Shown here piece by piece: positions 18,701 through 28,172 of a stretch of 64,000 bases of DNA. The DNA lies in the NCBI GenBank assembly GCA_964560525.1, contig CAZLLO010000004.1, positions 530 through 64,529 on the forward strand, in the 5' to 3' direction. Under the pieces are notes generated by a model, which saw only the letters and a list, made by a program, of their open reading frames with translations, was not told where the DNA came from and made no database searches. A program made the position numbers and the translations under genes. The stretch is from an uncultured Candidatus Saccharibacteria bacterium (GTDB taxonomy: Bacteria; Patescibacteriota; Dojkabacteria; SC72). How positions within the stretch are numbered: position 1 is the first letter of the stretch; every line of letters starts with the position of its first letter.

Positions 18701-21700
18701 TTTGTTCCTGACACCAGCATTTGGAAGTTTGCTGCAACGCTATTTGTGTCATTTGTATTGTTTACAACGTGTTTTACAACTGTTAATTGTGGCGCAATAT
18801 CATTGTTAGTTATTGTACATACAAGATTTTCGCCTTCATTAAGTGTTACTGTGCCACCAAGTACACTTGGGCACTTTGTATCACCAGTTATTGAAACAAA
18901 TGAGTAACCGAAGAGGCCAGCTTCATTTAATGTAATTGCTTCATTAGCATTTACATTTAATGTTTGTCCTGATGTTACACTTGTTCCTCCAACTGTTAGT
19001 CCAAAGTCATTTGCTGTAGCGTTCCCTCCATGGTTGTTATTTACTATCTTTGTAAGTGTAATTGTTGGTGCAACGTCATTATTGGTTATTGTACATATCG
19101 CATCCTGCCCCTCATTTAAAATAAGAGGATTGGATAGGGTGGCACCGGTCATATAATCAACACAGCTCCACGTGCCCTCTGTATATCCAGCCAAATCTGC
19201 TTCCGAAAGCATATATGATGTGTTTGAAAGTGCGGTTGGAGTAGCGGTATATGTTGTTGTATTTCCAGATGCGGTGCCAGAATCAAAGGATAGTGCCGAA
19301 CCATTCATCTTAATATCAAAGTCTCCAATTACGGCATTACCACCATTGTCGTTAACAACATTTTTAATGACTGTTAGGGTTGGTGCAATATCATTATTAG
19401 TTATTGTACATACTGCTGTATCACCGACACTTAAAGTTATTGTGCTTCCTGTTACAGCTATTCCTCCATTCTTTACACATGACCATGGCCCTGAAGTATA
19501 TGCTGCTCCAGTGCTATTTTCATTAAGTGTGTATGTTCCAGCTTTAAATGTTGAATCACTGACAACATCTGTATGTCCTGAAGCTCCTTGTCCGCTAATA
19601 ATTCCAGCACTTCCGCCATCTGCGCTTAATGTCCAGTAGGATTCAGTTTCATTTCCATTATTATCTGTAACTAAAATCTTGTCTAAGACAAGAACAGGTG
19701 CAATATCATCATTGGTTATCGTACATGTGACATCTTCATCCAAATGAAGAGTAAGTTTATCACCTAGGAGAGACCCACCATCGCATGACCAATTACTTGC
19801 TACATATCCTGATGGACCAGATTCACTTAATGTATATTCTACTCCTGCTTTTACAGTATGAAATTCATTAGCATCTCCTTCATCCATGAATCCACCATCT
19901 GAGCCAGAGGCTGTGAGATCCCACATATGTGCAGTTTCATTCCCACCATTGTCTGTAGTTAATGTTTTAATCAATTTCAAGGTTGGAGCTATATCATTAT
20001 TTGTAATTACACAAGTATCCCCTGCATGTATATTCTCGCAATTGGAGTATGTAGTTTCATAGCCTGCATACGAAGGTTCAGTAATATCATACTGGAAACC
20101 TTCTAAGACTGTTATATCGTTAGTTCCGTCAGATTCGAATGGTATCACTGTCCCATTCTCCACTTGGAACCCAAAGCTATCTTTGTTTAGTGTTGATCCC
20201 CCATTATCATTGGTTAATATTTTAACCACATGTATTGTTCCTAGGCTTCTGGTATTTGTAAATGTACATACTAAATCTTGTCCTGAAGTTAGAATTACGG
20301 ATTGACCTTCAACAGCACCATAGCTTGTTCCATTGCATGTTAGGTTTGTTACATTGAAGTTAGCTTTTTGATCTTCAGAGATTGTGTATGTACCTGGGTT
20401 TACAGAAACGGTAGATCCTGTGGAATGATTTCCATTTCCATTGATATCCCATGTCCAATCAGTTGCACCAGTTATATCTATTACACCATCTGCATTTGTA
20501 TCTACATTCTTAAGGACAGTAATTGTTGGATATTTAACGTTTATGAAGTTATTCCCAAAATCATTTTCCCCAGGGAGTAATGTTATATCAAGATATTCAG
20601 CAGTTGGGTATATTTTGTACCAACCAGAACCAATAGTAAGAGCCTCTCTTAATTGATATGTGCCCGAAACTAGATTACTAAAGCCATACGCTCCGTTGAT
20701 ATCTGTTGTTGTTTCGTCGATTTTAATCCCATTTTTGTATAGCTCAATTGTCCAACCAAATACACCAGTTCTATCGTTAGTTGCATAGTCGCCATCTGCG
20801 TCATTGTATTTGTGTCCACCGATAGCTCCTCTCATGACATTAACGAAAGTACAAGTTACTGATTCTCCAGCTGATATATTTATTGCGGTATTTAAACTTC
20901 CATCAGTACATGAGGAGGTTGAATCCCATCCACTAACAGCATTCTCTGTTACAGAGTATGTTGCAGGTAGAAGATTTGTGAATGTTCTTGTATTTGATCC
21001 GAATACACTTCCATCATCGGTTAAGGAGAAATTTGTTAATCCTATACCCGAGGTATTGAATTCAAAAGATTGTATGCTATTTGGATTTGCATCTTTTACA
21101 ATTGTAAGTGATGCATACTTTGTATTAGTTATTGTACATATTGCACTTTGTCCATATGTTAGATTCCCGTTACATCCTGAACTGTAAGTTACATTAAAGC
21201 TACTTCCTGGGTCTACTTCTGTAATTGCATAATTAGATCCTGGGACTACAAATATTGTATTACTTCCATCTGTTTCAAATGGTACTGCTATTCCTCCATC
21301 TACCTTGTAGCTGAAGTTACTAAAAGAAGTACTATCTCCAAGCAAAACTTTTTCAATAGTTAATGTTGGGAGTTTTCGGTTTGTAATTGTACATGTTTTG
21401 GTTTCATTAATTCCGACAACAACATTCGTACATGTATTTGAAGTTTGACCCCATCCGGCAGGTACAGTTTCTGTAACAGAATATGTTCCTGCTGATACAG
21501 AATAGTCTTTATCTGTAGAATCTGAGATTGTTCCAGTTGTAACACCAAATATTGCGCCTGCTGATGCAGAGGCATTAATGTCAAATAACGTTGTATCTCC
21601 TGCAGGTAACGTTGTTTTTTGTACTATCAAATGGCTTCTTGAGATACCATTGTAGTAGCTAGTATCACTTGCAGAGAGAGTACCACTTGTGACGGTTGCA

Positions 21701-23532
21701 GTATTTGTAAATTGTCCAGCCATTACAGTACCTGATGCGGTACATGTCATTGAAGCCCCAGATGCAAGTGATGTGCTTGGACATGTTATTGTTTCTGCAG
21801 GATTATCCGTTACAGTGATGTTGTTTAATGTTGTATTCCCAGTATTCTGTACTACATATTGCCATGTTACAGAATCTCCGACATAGAGATTGTCTCCAGG
21901 AGCTGCAGTAATATCTTGATTGTTTGTCTTTTTAATAATACTGATTGCAGGTCTTTCTACTAATACTGAAGAAAGGTGACCAACCAAAAATGCCGAGTTG
22001 TCTTTTTGTTCCTCAGTTATGAATGCAGAGAGTGCTGATCCACTTGGGTACTCACTAACAAAACCATCAATAACTAATGTATATTGAACATCATCAATTA
22101 CAAATACTTGTGTACCATAACTGTTTGGGAATGTGACTTTGTCATCACATGGTGTGCCTGATATTTGGTAGGCAGGACAGTAGTATATGTTTCCATTAGA
22201 AGTTTCTTCTATTGCGAAACCATATGTTAAAACTTGGTTTGCAATATCTGGTCTATTAAAATCTAGTGTTATTTGTAATGTTGCACCTGTAGCGGCTGTA
22301 CCGGCCTGTGTTCCCCAGTTCATGTGGGTGAGCATACCGAGATAGAAGGTGTTTCCTTCGTTAAATGACTGTGCTCCACTATTTGTAAATTTTAATCCAC
22401 TCTTGGTTGATCCAGCTGGGGTTCCCCACCTTATTTCATTTGTATTTATTCCACTGTAACCACTTCCACCAGATATTGATGTCCATATTCCTGTAACGGA
22501 GGTCATAGCATATTTATCTAAAGGATTGTCTACTAGGACAGGAGGTGTTATTGGAATAGAGTAGTGTACTTTTACTTGCAAAGCATCTAATGAAGCAGTA
22601 CTTCCACCGCTTGTTGCGTCAACTTTTACCTTAAAGCTTGTGTTAAAATCACTTACTGTCCAAGTCTCTCCCCATAAATCAGAGATGCTTCCAAGTGTAA
22701 TTGTTGTATCTGAGCTAGTAAGTGATGTTGTTTTTGTAGAAGAATATGAATCAGGAATGCTGTTTGATTGATTCCACAGAGAAACATCAAAATTCCTTCC
22801 GCCAGTTTTTCCTTCTAAGAATACCTCAATACCCGTGATTGTAGCGTTTGAAGGTATAGATATGTCTGGGAAACTGTATTCAGCATAATCATTACTACTG
22901 TCAAAGGTAGCATATTGATTATCAGAAACCCATCCATTATTGTATGTTCCAACGCTGTTATTATTTTCAGTTTTATCTGCAGAGACTAAAATAAAGAGTG
23001 TGAAGTGATTCAAGTCCTCAACCTTAACAGTATTTCCTTGATCTACAACAGGATTACTAACCTCTTGAACATTATCCAATAACTCACTTCTATTCTCAGC
23101 ATATACAACCTTTGTATTATTAGAACTAGAAGGAAGTGTTAAGTCATATTCAAAAGTACCATCCATCATACTAGTATTAATATCATATGCCTTGTTTGAT
23201 ACAGCTCCTGTAGCATCTACCTCTTCATTTGTAAGAGTGATTTCATTAATGGATAGGGTAGAGGGATTTGAAGGAAGTTTTGTGAATGTCACAGTAACAT
23301 CACTATTTTGTGGAGCAACATAGGTCTCTCCTAAAACAACAACATTGGATGTAACTGGGGGATTCCCATTTGTAATCCATGTGGGATCTGAAATTCCAAC
23401 ATCAAGAATATCTTGGCTATTATCCGTAGAGATGAGATCATCTATAGCCATTACAGATGGTGCAAATGAATAACAGGTAAGAATAACAGAAGTAAATATC
23501 TTCCCAATCACGCTCAAAGATTTCTTTTTCAT
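15694..23532 (-). CDS. giant repetitive surface adhesin, sortase substrate (2612 aa)
   Basis: Signal peptide; THxN-type domain (IRWG...GMLTHMN); DUF11-like repeats; about a dozen Ig/CnaB-like repeats ending CTITN; LPDTG+TM; C-terminal FN3-like module and TM. Confidence 0.92.
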   Translation of the reverse strand: MKKKSLSVIGKIFTSVILTCYSFAPSVMAIDDLISTDNSQDILDVGISDPTWITNGNPPVTSNVVVLGETYVAPQNSDVTVTFTKLPSNPSTLSINEITLTNEEVDATGAVSNKAYDINTSMMDGTFEYDLTLPSSSNNTKVVYAENRSELLDNVQEVSNPVVDQGNTVKVEDLNHFTLFILVSADKTENNNSVGTYNNGWVSDNQYATFDSSNDYAEYSFPDISIPSNATITGIEVFLEGKTGGRNFDVSLWNQSNSIPDSYSSTKTTSLTSSDTTITLGSISDLWGETWTVSDFNTSFKVKVDATSGGSTASLDALQVKVHYSIPITPPVLVDNPLDKYAMTSVTGIWTSISGGSGYSGINTNEIRWGTPAGSTKSGLKFTNSGAQSFNEGNTFYLGMLTHMNWGTQAGTAATGATLQITLDFNRPDIANQVLTYGFAIEETSNGNIYYCPAYQISGTPCDDKVTFPNSYGTQVFVIDDVQYTLVIDGFVSEYPSGSALSAFITEEQKDNSAFLVGHLSSVLVERPAISIIKKTNNQDITAAPGDNLYVGDSVTWQYVVQNTGNTTLNNITVTDNPAETITCPSTSLASGASMTCTASGTVMAGQFTNTATVTSGTLSASDTSYYNGISRSHLIVQKTTLPAGDTTLFDINASASAGAIFGVTTGTISDSTDKDYSVSAGTYSVTETVPAGWGQTSNTCTNVVVGINETKTCTITNRKLPTLTIEKVLLGDSTSFSNFSYKVDGGIAVPFETDGSNTIFVVPGSNYAITEVDPGSSFNVTYSSGCNGNLTYGQSAICTITNTKYASLTIVKDANPNSIQSFEFNTSGIGLTNFSLTDDGSVFGSNTRTFTNLLPATYSVTENAVSGWDSTSSCTDGSLNTAINISAGESVTCTFVNVMRGAIGGHKYNDADGDYATNDRTGVFGWTIELYKNGIKIDETTTDINGAYGFSNLVSGTYQLREALTIGSGWYKIYPTAEYLDITLLPGENDFGNNFINVKYPTITVLKNVDTNADGVIDITGATDWTWDINGNGNHSTGSTVSVNPGTYTISEDQKANFNVTNLTCNGTSYGAVEGQSVILTSGQDLVCTFTNTRSLGTIHVVKILTNDNGGSTLNKDSFGFQVENGTVIPFESDGTNDITVLEGFQYDITEPSYAGYETTYSNCENIHAGDTCVITNNDIAPTLKLIKTLTTDNGGNETAHMWDLTASGSDGGFMDEGDANEFHTVKAGVEYTLSESGPSGYVASNWSCDGGSLLGDKLTLHLDEDVTCTITNDDIAPVLVLDKILVTDNNGNETESYWTLSADGGSAGIISGQGASGHTDVVSDSTFKAGTYTLNENSTGAAYTSGPWSCVKNGGIAVTGSTITLSVGDTAVCTITNNDIAPTLTVIKNVVNDNGGNAVIGDFDIKMNGSALSFDSGTASGNTTTYTATPTALSNTSYMLSEADLAGYTEGTWSCVDYMTGATLSNPLILNEGQDAICTITNNDVAPTITLTKIVNNNHGGNATANDFGLTVGGTSVTSGQTLNVNANEAITLNEAGLFGYSFVSITGDTKCPSVLGGTVTLNEGENLVCTITNNDIAPQLTVVKHVVNNTNDTNSVAANFQMLVSGTNVSNPSFAGSEAGTTLTLNAGSYNVTELYNTSNYTQSIGNNCSGTIGIGESKTCTITNTDIDHFPTIEVNKTANDNDIPETGQNVTFTYTVKNTSSESVNITYLNDSVFGTLDGNDTCKVGTTLAQNASCSFTLTKFISGDAGSADHENVFVVEAQDDETNTTGNHDNEVISFYNVNPDITVTKTASVESVPETGADVLFTFTIQNNTAESVMIMDLVDDKFGDLTGDLDCNVGTVLAGNSSCSFEHTFSVPAGVAPAIHTNVFTATVMDDEENTDSASATANVSLTYVPTLKLVKSVENAYNSDGFSSNWILSATGDRYGFSAVGDEGAFHVVTPRQTYTLSEEGPDGFTASQWSCDKEGVLNGNVVTLAPEDDVTCTITNTAQPGTITVYKDVVNADYIGEGVYSDTEFNVTLNNDLTNIQTISDTNDASNNKVATFSNLDAGPYSINELEKDGFLSLGCHVINERPSLMGTGTFYVGNGENIEVVCTNRIIVPELQIAKANNAGGVSLVAGSNVLYTLIVTAPESQDDGGNYIIENVKVVDLPPAGIKYQVGSWTAISNIRGNLKAQSITTEPTYASPGKWNLGKMLEGEVITLTYVGNISDTLDAGKYKDLAWTEGVTLTDNRTLGSAATGFFASTDVNITEPVEQGQVLGITDEQTLPDTGASTILTIGAICTMLLGLAFIIFSPKKKMMKVLGLLVVALVGITSLVMPTRAYADSGDLAVEIEQPKTPYSESSFEVGFVALDIQSRSITVQCYETTHGAFGPEYTLNTIGNSGNCVVDSSVVTSDGTYEFYVVAKAGADEVTSDKVSVIIDLVEPSPVLNYTKTTASCTNNLEFTTANDGQTAKVQIFRSDKATFTADSSTLIKEIVAGPNQLVTYSDTQPVCGQTYFYAVRALDVADNTSTFVTDKTVVVTIVPATPTTPVTPTVVPVEEVKGTETTEDNTDTNTNEEVKGVTDEETQSNVWSWLKYVLIGVGAITIISISYVYARKRNRGNEIK

Positions 23533-23606
23533 GAATCTTCAAGTTCCTCTAAATTTATATCTAGCGGAAGTTTTCCTTTGAAATAGTCGCCGCAAAACCT
23601 CTCTGT

Positions 23607-23680
23607 GCAGATCGGTTTCGCCATTAGCTCCACTTGATTTATATAGCGACCAAAACGAAATCAAGTATCATCGCCCCTGC
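23607..23680 (-). ncRNA. c-di-GMP-II-like riboswitch aptamer
   Basis: P1 GCAG/CUGC, UGA...GGAG kink-turn flanking stem ACUUGAUUU/AAAUCAAGU, loop UUGGUCGCU pairing with GGCGA, 3' AACCGA; same order as the c-di-GMP-II consensus. Confidence 0.65.
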
Positions 23681-23686
23681 CCCATA

Positions 23687-23716
23687 ATAATATATCTTTT
23701 GGAAGTATGAAGTCAA
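23687..23716 (-). promoter_or_regulatory. sigma70 promoter of adhesin operon
   Basis: TTGACT-18-TATTAT places +1 at about the first base of the aptamer. Confidence 0.6.
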
Positions 23717-23734
23717 TATCCCCTTAAAAGTGAA

Positions 23735-25915
23735 CTATTGGTGAACTATAATTAACCTGTGCAATGCTCTAGTCATTCCCACGTATAACAATCTCCATGT
23801 TAATTCTGTATCAGGATATAGATCCTGATTAATATCCATAATGATGACAGAATCAAATTCTAGACCCTTTGCTTGTTCAATTGGTAATATCAATACCCCT
23901 TGCTTATAGTCACTTTCAGAGTAATTAACAATATCTCTCTGTATCTCCCCCTCATATTCTTTTAATATTGTGTAAATATCTTGTGCGTGGTTTTTATCCC
24001 TACAAAGTATTGCGCAAGTAACAGCTCCTTTTTCAAATTGCGTTTTAATATCTTCTACTATCTTATGTACCTCTTTCGTAGAACAATTTTTAAATGTAGT
24101 AGGTAGTGTGATCTCCTTAACTTCTTCACCATGTCTTAATACTGCTTCAGGTAATTTATATCCATGTGGAAACTTATCTTTAAATATATTATTAGCGTAA
24201 TCTATAATTTCAACAGTTGTTCTATAACATCTCTGAAGTTGATGGAAAGAGGCTGTCTTTTGTGTGATTGTTTTGACCAATTCTATAACCCCTTGCCAAT
24301 CTCTAATGTAAAAAGGAGGAATGATTGATTGTGCTAAATCACCTGCAATTGTAATATTCCCACTCTTAGCCACCTTGAGTAATGTTGCTAGTTGTATGTA
24401 GCTAATATCTTGTGCTTCATCAACCATAATGTGGTCTCTCTCCATGAATTTTGTTCCGTATATTTTTTGATGCAAATATACCATTGGAGCTAGATCTTCA
24501 ATTCGGTAATATGATGTCCTTCCAGAATTAGTTAATGCTTTTGTAGAATAGCTTTTGCAGTCAGAGCTAAGAAGGTCTGTTTTGAATAACTTCTTGTAGA
24601 GGGTATATATATTTACATTTTTATTAAAGTATCCAAGTATTTCTTTTCTTCTTTCGCTATCATCGTTGAAGTAGGTGTCTACATATCCAGTTTTTGCCTG
24701 TTCAAACTGTTTTGCTGCGAATGCATAATCTACAGAAAGTCCAAGCCTTTCTTCCATATCTATATTGGGGAACTCATTTTTTAATTCATAATATCTTCTT
24801 CGGATTCTTTCTTTCCTAGAATAGGGGATGTTCTCTAGTAAATTGGATTCAAATTCTTCAAAATATTTATCCAATATATTCAAAAATTCTATACTACCCT
24901 TAAATTCTTTTATTCTTAAATCATCTGCTAGTGGAGATATGATGAAGTTATCATTCCAACCTAACGCTCGTTTGCCCCAGAAGAGATAGGTTTGGGTATC
25001 TACTCTTTCTACTCCAAGATCAGGTAATACATCTGAGACATAATCTATGAACATTTGGTTAGGTGCGATTATGAGGGAGTTCTCGGGTGTGATAGTCTGT
25101 TTATGTGCATAGAAGAGGTAAGCAAGTCTATGAAGGAGAATTGTGGTCTTACCACTTCCTGCTACTCCTTGTATTATCACAGGTTTATTTATCTCTTCTC
25201 TAATGATCTCATTCTGTTGTGCTTGTATAGTTGAAACAATATCTTGGAGCTTCTGACCTAATCTTTCGTTTAGTTGTGCTAGTAAGAATTCATCTGCAGC
25301 AACATTTCCTGACTTAGCATCGTATATTCCTTTGATTCTAGCTCTTGATATTTGAAACTGTCTTTTTTGCTGTAAATCACCGTTTCTTTGACCTATTGGT
25401 GCTACAAAAGATACGTTTTTCGTTGGTCCTGAATTTTCGTAATAGAGGTTTGCAATTGGTGCTCTCCAATCGGTAATAATTGGAATATGAGTTTCCTCAT
25501 CCATCAAGGCAAATTTACCGATATAGAGGATCAGGGACTTTTTAGTAGAACTATCGTATGGGAGAAAGACTATCTTCCCAAAGTATGGAGAATCAAGTGC
25601 TATTAACTCGGAATTTATCCTATCTACTAACTGGTTAATTTGCTTTAGAAGTTGGTTGTATACACCCTTGGCGGCTTTAATATCGTCTTCACCACTTTCC
25701 ATATTTATGATATCTATCTGATGCTCAAGCTCTATCTCTAATTTCTCTAATCTAGGAATTAATTGCTTGATGAGGAGAACTTTTCTTTTAGTAACCTCTT
25801 GTAATCTAGGATATTCTTCTTGCTCTAATGTGGAGGGATTTGTAATGTCTGAAAAAGAAGCCACTTCGTCCAGATCCTTGTACAAAGGATTTAGATATTT
25901 TTTGAATGTTTGCAT
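23735..25915 (-). CDS. helD: HelD-family RNA polymerase recycling ATPase (UvrD-like)
   Basis: SPYFGKI, LYIGK, ITDWRAPIANLYY, DIVSTIQAQQNEIIR, QGVAGSGKTTILLHRLAYL, DEAQD, KGLEFD, TRALH. Confidence 0.88.
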   Translation of the reverse strand: MQTFKKYLNPLYKDLDEVASFSDITNPSTLEQEEYPRLQEVTKRKVLLIKQLIPRLEKLEIELEHQIDIINMESGEDDIKAAKGVYNQLLKQINQLVDRINSELIALDSPYFGKIVFLPYDSSTKKSLILYIGKFALMDEETHIPIITDWRAPIANLYYENSGPTKNVSFVAPIGQRNGDLQQKRQFQISRARIKGIYDAKSGNVAADEFLLAQLNERLGQKLQDIVSTIQAQQNEIIREEINKPVIIQGVAGSGKTTILLHRLAYLFYAHKQTITPENSLIIAPNQMFIDYVSDVLPDLGVERVDTQTYLFWGKRALGWNDNFIISPLADDLRIKEFKGSIEFLNILDKYFEEFESNLLENIPYSRKERIRRRYYELKNEFPNIDMEERLGLSVDYAFAAKQFEQAKTGYVDTYFNDDSERRKEILGYFNKNVNIYTLYKKLFKTDLLSSDCKSYSTKALTNSGRTSYYRIEDLAPMVYLHQKIYGTKFMERDHIMVDEAQDISYIQLATLLKVAKSGNITIAGDLAQSIIPPFYIRDWQGVIELVKTITQKTASFHQLQRCYRTTVEIIDYANNIFKDKFPHGYKLPEAVLRHGEEVKEITLPTTFKNCSTKEVHKIVEDIKTQFEKGAVTCAILCRDKNHAQDIYTILKEYEGEIQRDIVNYSESDYKQGVLILPIEQAKGLEFDSVIIMDINQDLYPDTELTWRLLYVGMTRALHRLIIVHQ

Positions 25916-25948
25916 TTGGAATTTCGGCTTTAGAAATTACAGCCCGAA

Positions 25949-25977
25949 ATGATACAAAATATACTAGGGTAAGTCAA
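25949..25977 (-). promoter_or_regulatory. sigma70 promoter of helD
   Basis: TTGACT-17-TATCAT with TG extension nearby. Confidence 0.65.
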
Positions 25978-26003
25978 ATATTTTGTGATATATTATTATC
26001 TAT

Positions 26004-26567
26004 ATGAGTAATCAATTGAAGCTTTTGATATATATTGTTTTTGTAGTCGCTATATTTTTCTTTGTACAAACAAAATTTCATATATTCAATATCTCTGTTA
26101 TAGATCCTAACAAGACATCGACAGAAGAAAATAATGATGTACAAAGTGGGAATACTGCAAGTATAGATGCGGAAGTTGGGAATAGTGTTGAAATTATAAC
26201 TGGAGGAAATACTTCTGTTAAAATTAATGTTGAATTAGCACAAACAGCTACAGAGAAATCGACTGGATTATCTTTTAGAAAATACCTTGGGGATTATGAT
26301 GGAATGCTCTTTGTATATGATTCTGAAGTGACTACGCCTTTCTGGATGAAGGATATGCAAATGCCGTTGGATATGATTTTCTTAGATGATCAGAATTTCG
26401 TTGTTGATATAAAGGGGAGCCAAGCACCGTGTACTGCCACATATTGTCCTTCAATATATTCTTCACAACCATATAAGTATGTTTTAGAGGTTAATTCTGG
26501 ATTTTGTGAGAGGAATAGTATTACCATTGGTAATAGTATGGTGTTGTACTTGAAATCTGTTAATTAG
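26004..26567 (+). CDS. DUF192 protein
   Basis: GLSFR, GMLFVY, FWMKDM..PLDMIFLD, YVLEVNSG. Confidence 0.9.
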   Translation: MSNQLKLLIYIVFVVAIFFFVQTKFHIFNISVIDPNKTSTEENNDVQSGNTASIDAEVGNSVEIITGGNTSVKINVELAQTATEKSTGLSFRKYLGDYDGMLFVYDSEVTTPFWMKDMQMPLDMIFLDDQNFVVDIKGSQAPCTATYCPSIYSSQPYKYVLEVNSGFCERNSITIGNSMVLYLKSVN

Positions 26568-28093
26568 GTGGTTCTGACCAAGGATTGGCCATTCATTTCT
26601 GTAGGTTTGATTACTCCCATAATATCCAAAATCGTAGGAGCTATATCCTTTAGTGAGCCGTAGGGTAGGAAACGGTTAGTAATATTTGTTCCTGCTATTA
26701 TGCATGGTACAGGATTTAAGGAATGCTCAGTATCTACGGATCCATTCTCAAGGTTTATCATCTCTTCTACATTTCCATGATCTGCAGTTATAATTACAGC
26801 ACCACCCTGGCTTAGGAATAGATTTACTAGCTCATGTACACAGTAGTCTACGGTTTGAACTGCTTTAACTCCAGCATTTAGTACTCCTGAATGTCCTACC
26901 ATATCGGCATTTGCAAAATTTACTAGTATGAAGTCATATGCCTTACTAGAGATCCTTTGTCCGAGTACATTCAATATTTCTAGTGCACTCATCTCAGGTT
27001 TCAAGTCATAGGTTGCTACCTGTGGTGAAGGTATGGCTATCTGATCTTCGTTTGCATATATAACGGATGCACCACCATTGAAGAAATAGGTTACATGGGG
27101 GAATTTTTCTGTCTCTGCGATTCTTAATTGTCTGAGTCCTACAGAATCTATAACTTTACCAAGGGGTAGATTTACGTATTGTTTTGGGAAGAGAACTACA
27201 GTGGGAAAACCTTTGCTATATTCAACCATCCCTGCAAAGTACAGATTTTGTATAGGATCATGCTTGAATGCTGAGAAATTAGGATCTGCGAAGGCTTGAG
27301 AGAGTTGTAATGCCCTGTCTGGTCTGAAGTTTAGCATTATTACTGCATCGTTAGTTTTGATTTTACTATCATTGACTACAATTGGTTCCATAAATTCATC
27401 TGTGACACCTTTGGAATAATACGTATCAATAGCCTGTCCATAGCTTGTGAATTTCTCCCCAATATTTCTTGTTAGAAGATAGTACGCCCTTTCTGTCCTA
27501 TCCCATTGATTATTCCTATCCATTGCAAAATATCTACCAACAATTGTCCCTATCTTCCCAATACCTCTATCCAGGCAGTATTTATCTATATCTGTTAAAT
27601 ACTGGAGTGCGTTATTAGTTGGGGTATCTCTTCCATCTGTGAAAGCATGTATGTATATATTTCCCTCAAAATTTGCTTTTGCAAAAAAATCCAATACAGC
27701 TTTGAAGTGGTCTATATGTGAGTGTACAGAGCCATCACTTAGCAAACCCATGAGGTGTATATCGCTATTATTTCTTAATGCATGGGCTAACGCTCCTTTT
27801 AAAGCATCGTTATTGAGAAGCAATCCTTTTTGTATTGCATTGTTTATTCTTGGAAACGTTTGTGCAACAACATTACCAGCACCAAGGTTAAGATGTCCAA
27901 CCTCACTGTTACCTCTAACATTTTTAGGTAAACCAACGGCTTCTCCTGAGGCTAATAAATATGTGTGAGGATATATGTTCCAAAGGGTCGAAAGATTCTG
28001 TGGATTTGCTAAAGTAACTGCATTCCCTTGATTTTTAGGAGCAGCACCTAGACCGTCTAATATTATTAACAGGACTTTTTGTTTTACTTTCAT
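26564..28093 (-). CDS. gpmI: 2,3-BPG-independent phosphoglycerate mutase
   Basis: GNSEVGH, HSHIDH, DGRDT, GRYFAMDR, AETEKFPHVTYFFNGG, TADHGN. Confidence 0.97.
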   Translation of the reverse strand: MKVKQKVLLIILDGLGAAPKNQGNAVTLANPQNLSTLWNIYPHTYLLASGEAVGLPKNVRGNSEVGHLNLGAGNVVAQTFPRINNAIQKGLLLNNDALKGALAHALRNNSDIHLMGLLSDGSVHSHIDHFKAVLDFFAKANFEGNIYIHAFTDGRDTPTNNALQYLTDIDKYCLDRGIGKIGTIVGRYFAMDRNNQWDRTERAYYLLTRNIGEKFTSYGQAIDTYYSKGVTDEFMEPIVVNDSKIKTNDAVIMLNFRPDRALQLSQAFADPNFSAFKHDPIQNLYFAGMVEYSKGFPTVVLFPKQYVNLPLGKVIDSVGLRQLRIAETEKFPHVTYFFNGGASVIYANEDQIAIPSPQVATYDLKPEMSALEILNVLGQRISSKAYDFILVNFANADMVGHSGVLNAGVKAVQTVDYCVHELVNLFLSQGGAVIITADHGNVEEMINLENGSVDTEHSLNPVPCIIAGTNITNRFLPYGSLKDIAPTILDIMGVIKPTEMNGQSLVRTT

Positions 28094-28172
28094 GGGCAGT
28101 TATAAATATATTCTGGCATATTTTCGAAATTTATTCTATAATCACACCTGGTTTAAATATTAATACAGAAAA

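Noticed and set aside
17500-21500. Adhesin repeats as CRISPR, VNTR or DGR template
   Set aside because: Repeats are protein-level and diverged in DNA; no identical spaced repeats, cas genes or reverse transcriptase seen in the window.
15808-21886. Many plus-strand ORFs inside the adhesin
   Set aside because: Antisense shadows caused by Thr/Asn/Val codon bias.
23607-23680. Fluoride riboswitch reading of the adhesin leader (GGCGAUG...GCUAAUG)
   Set aside because: Spacing and the inserted 9-bp stem do not fit; the k-turn, pseudoknot and AACCG tail fit c-di-GMP-II better, as does the gene context.
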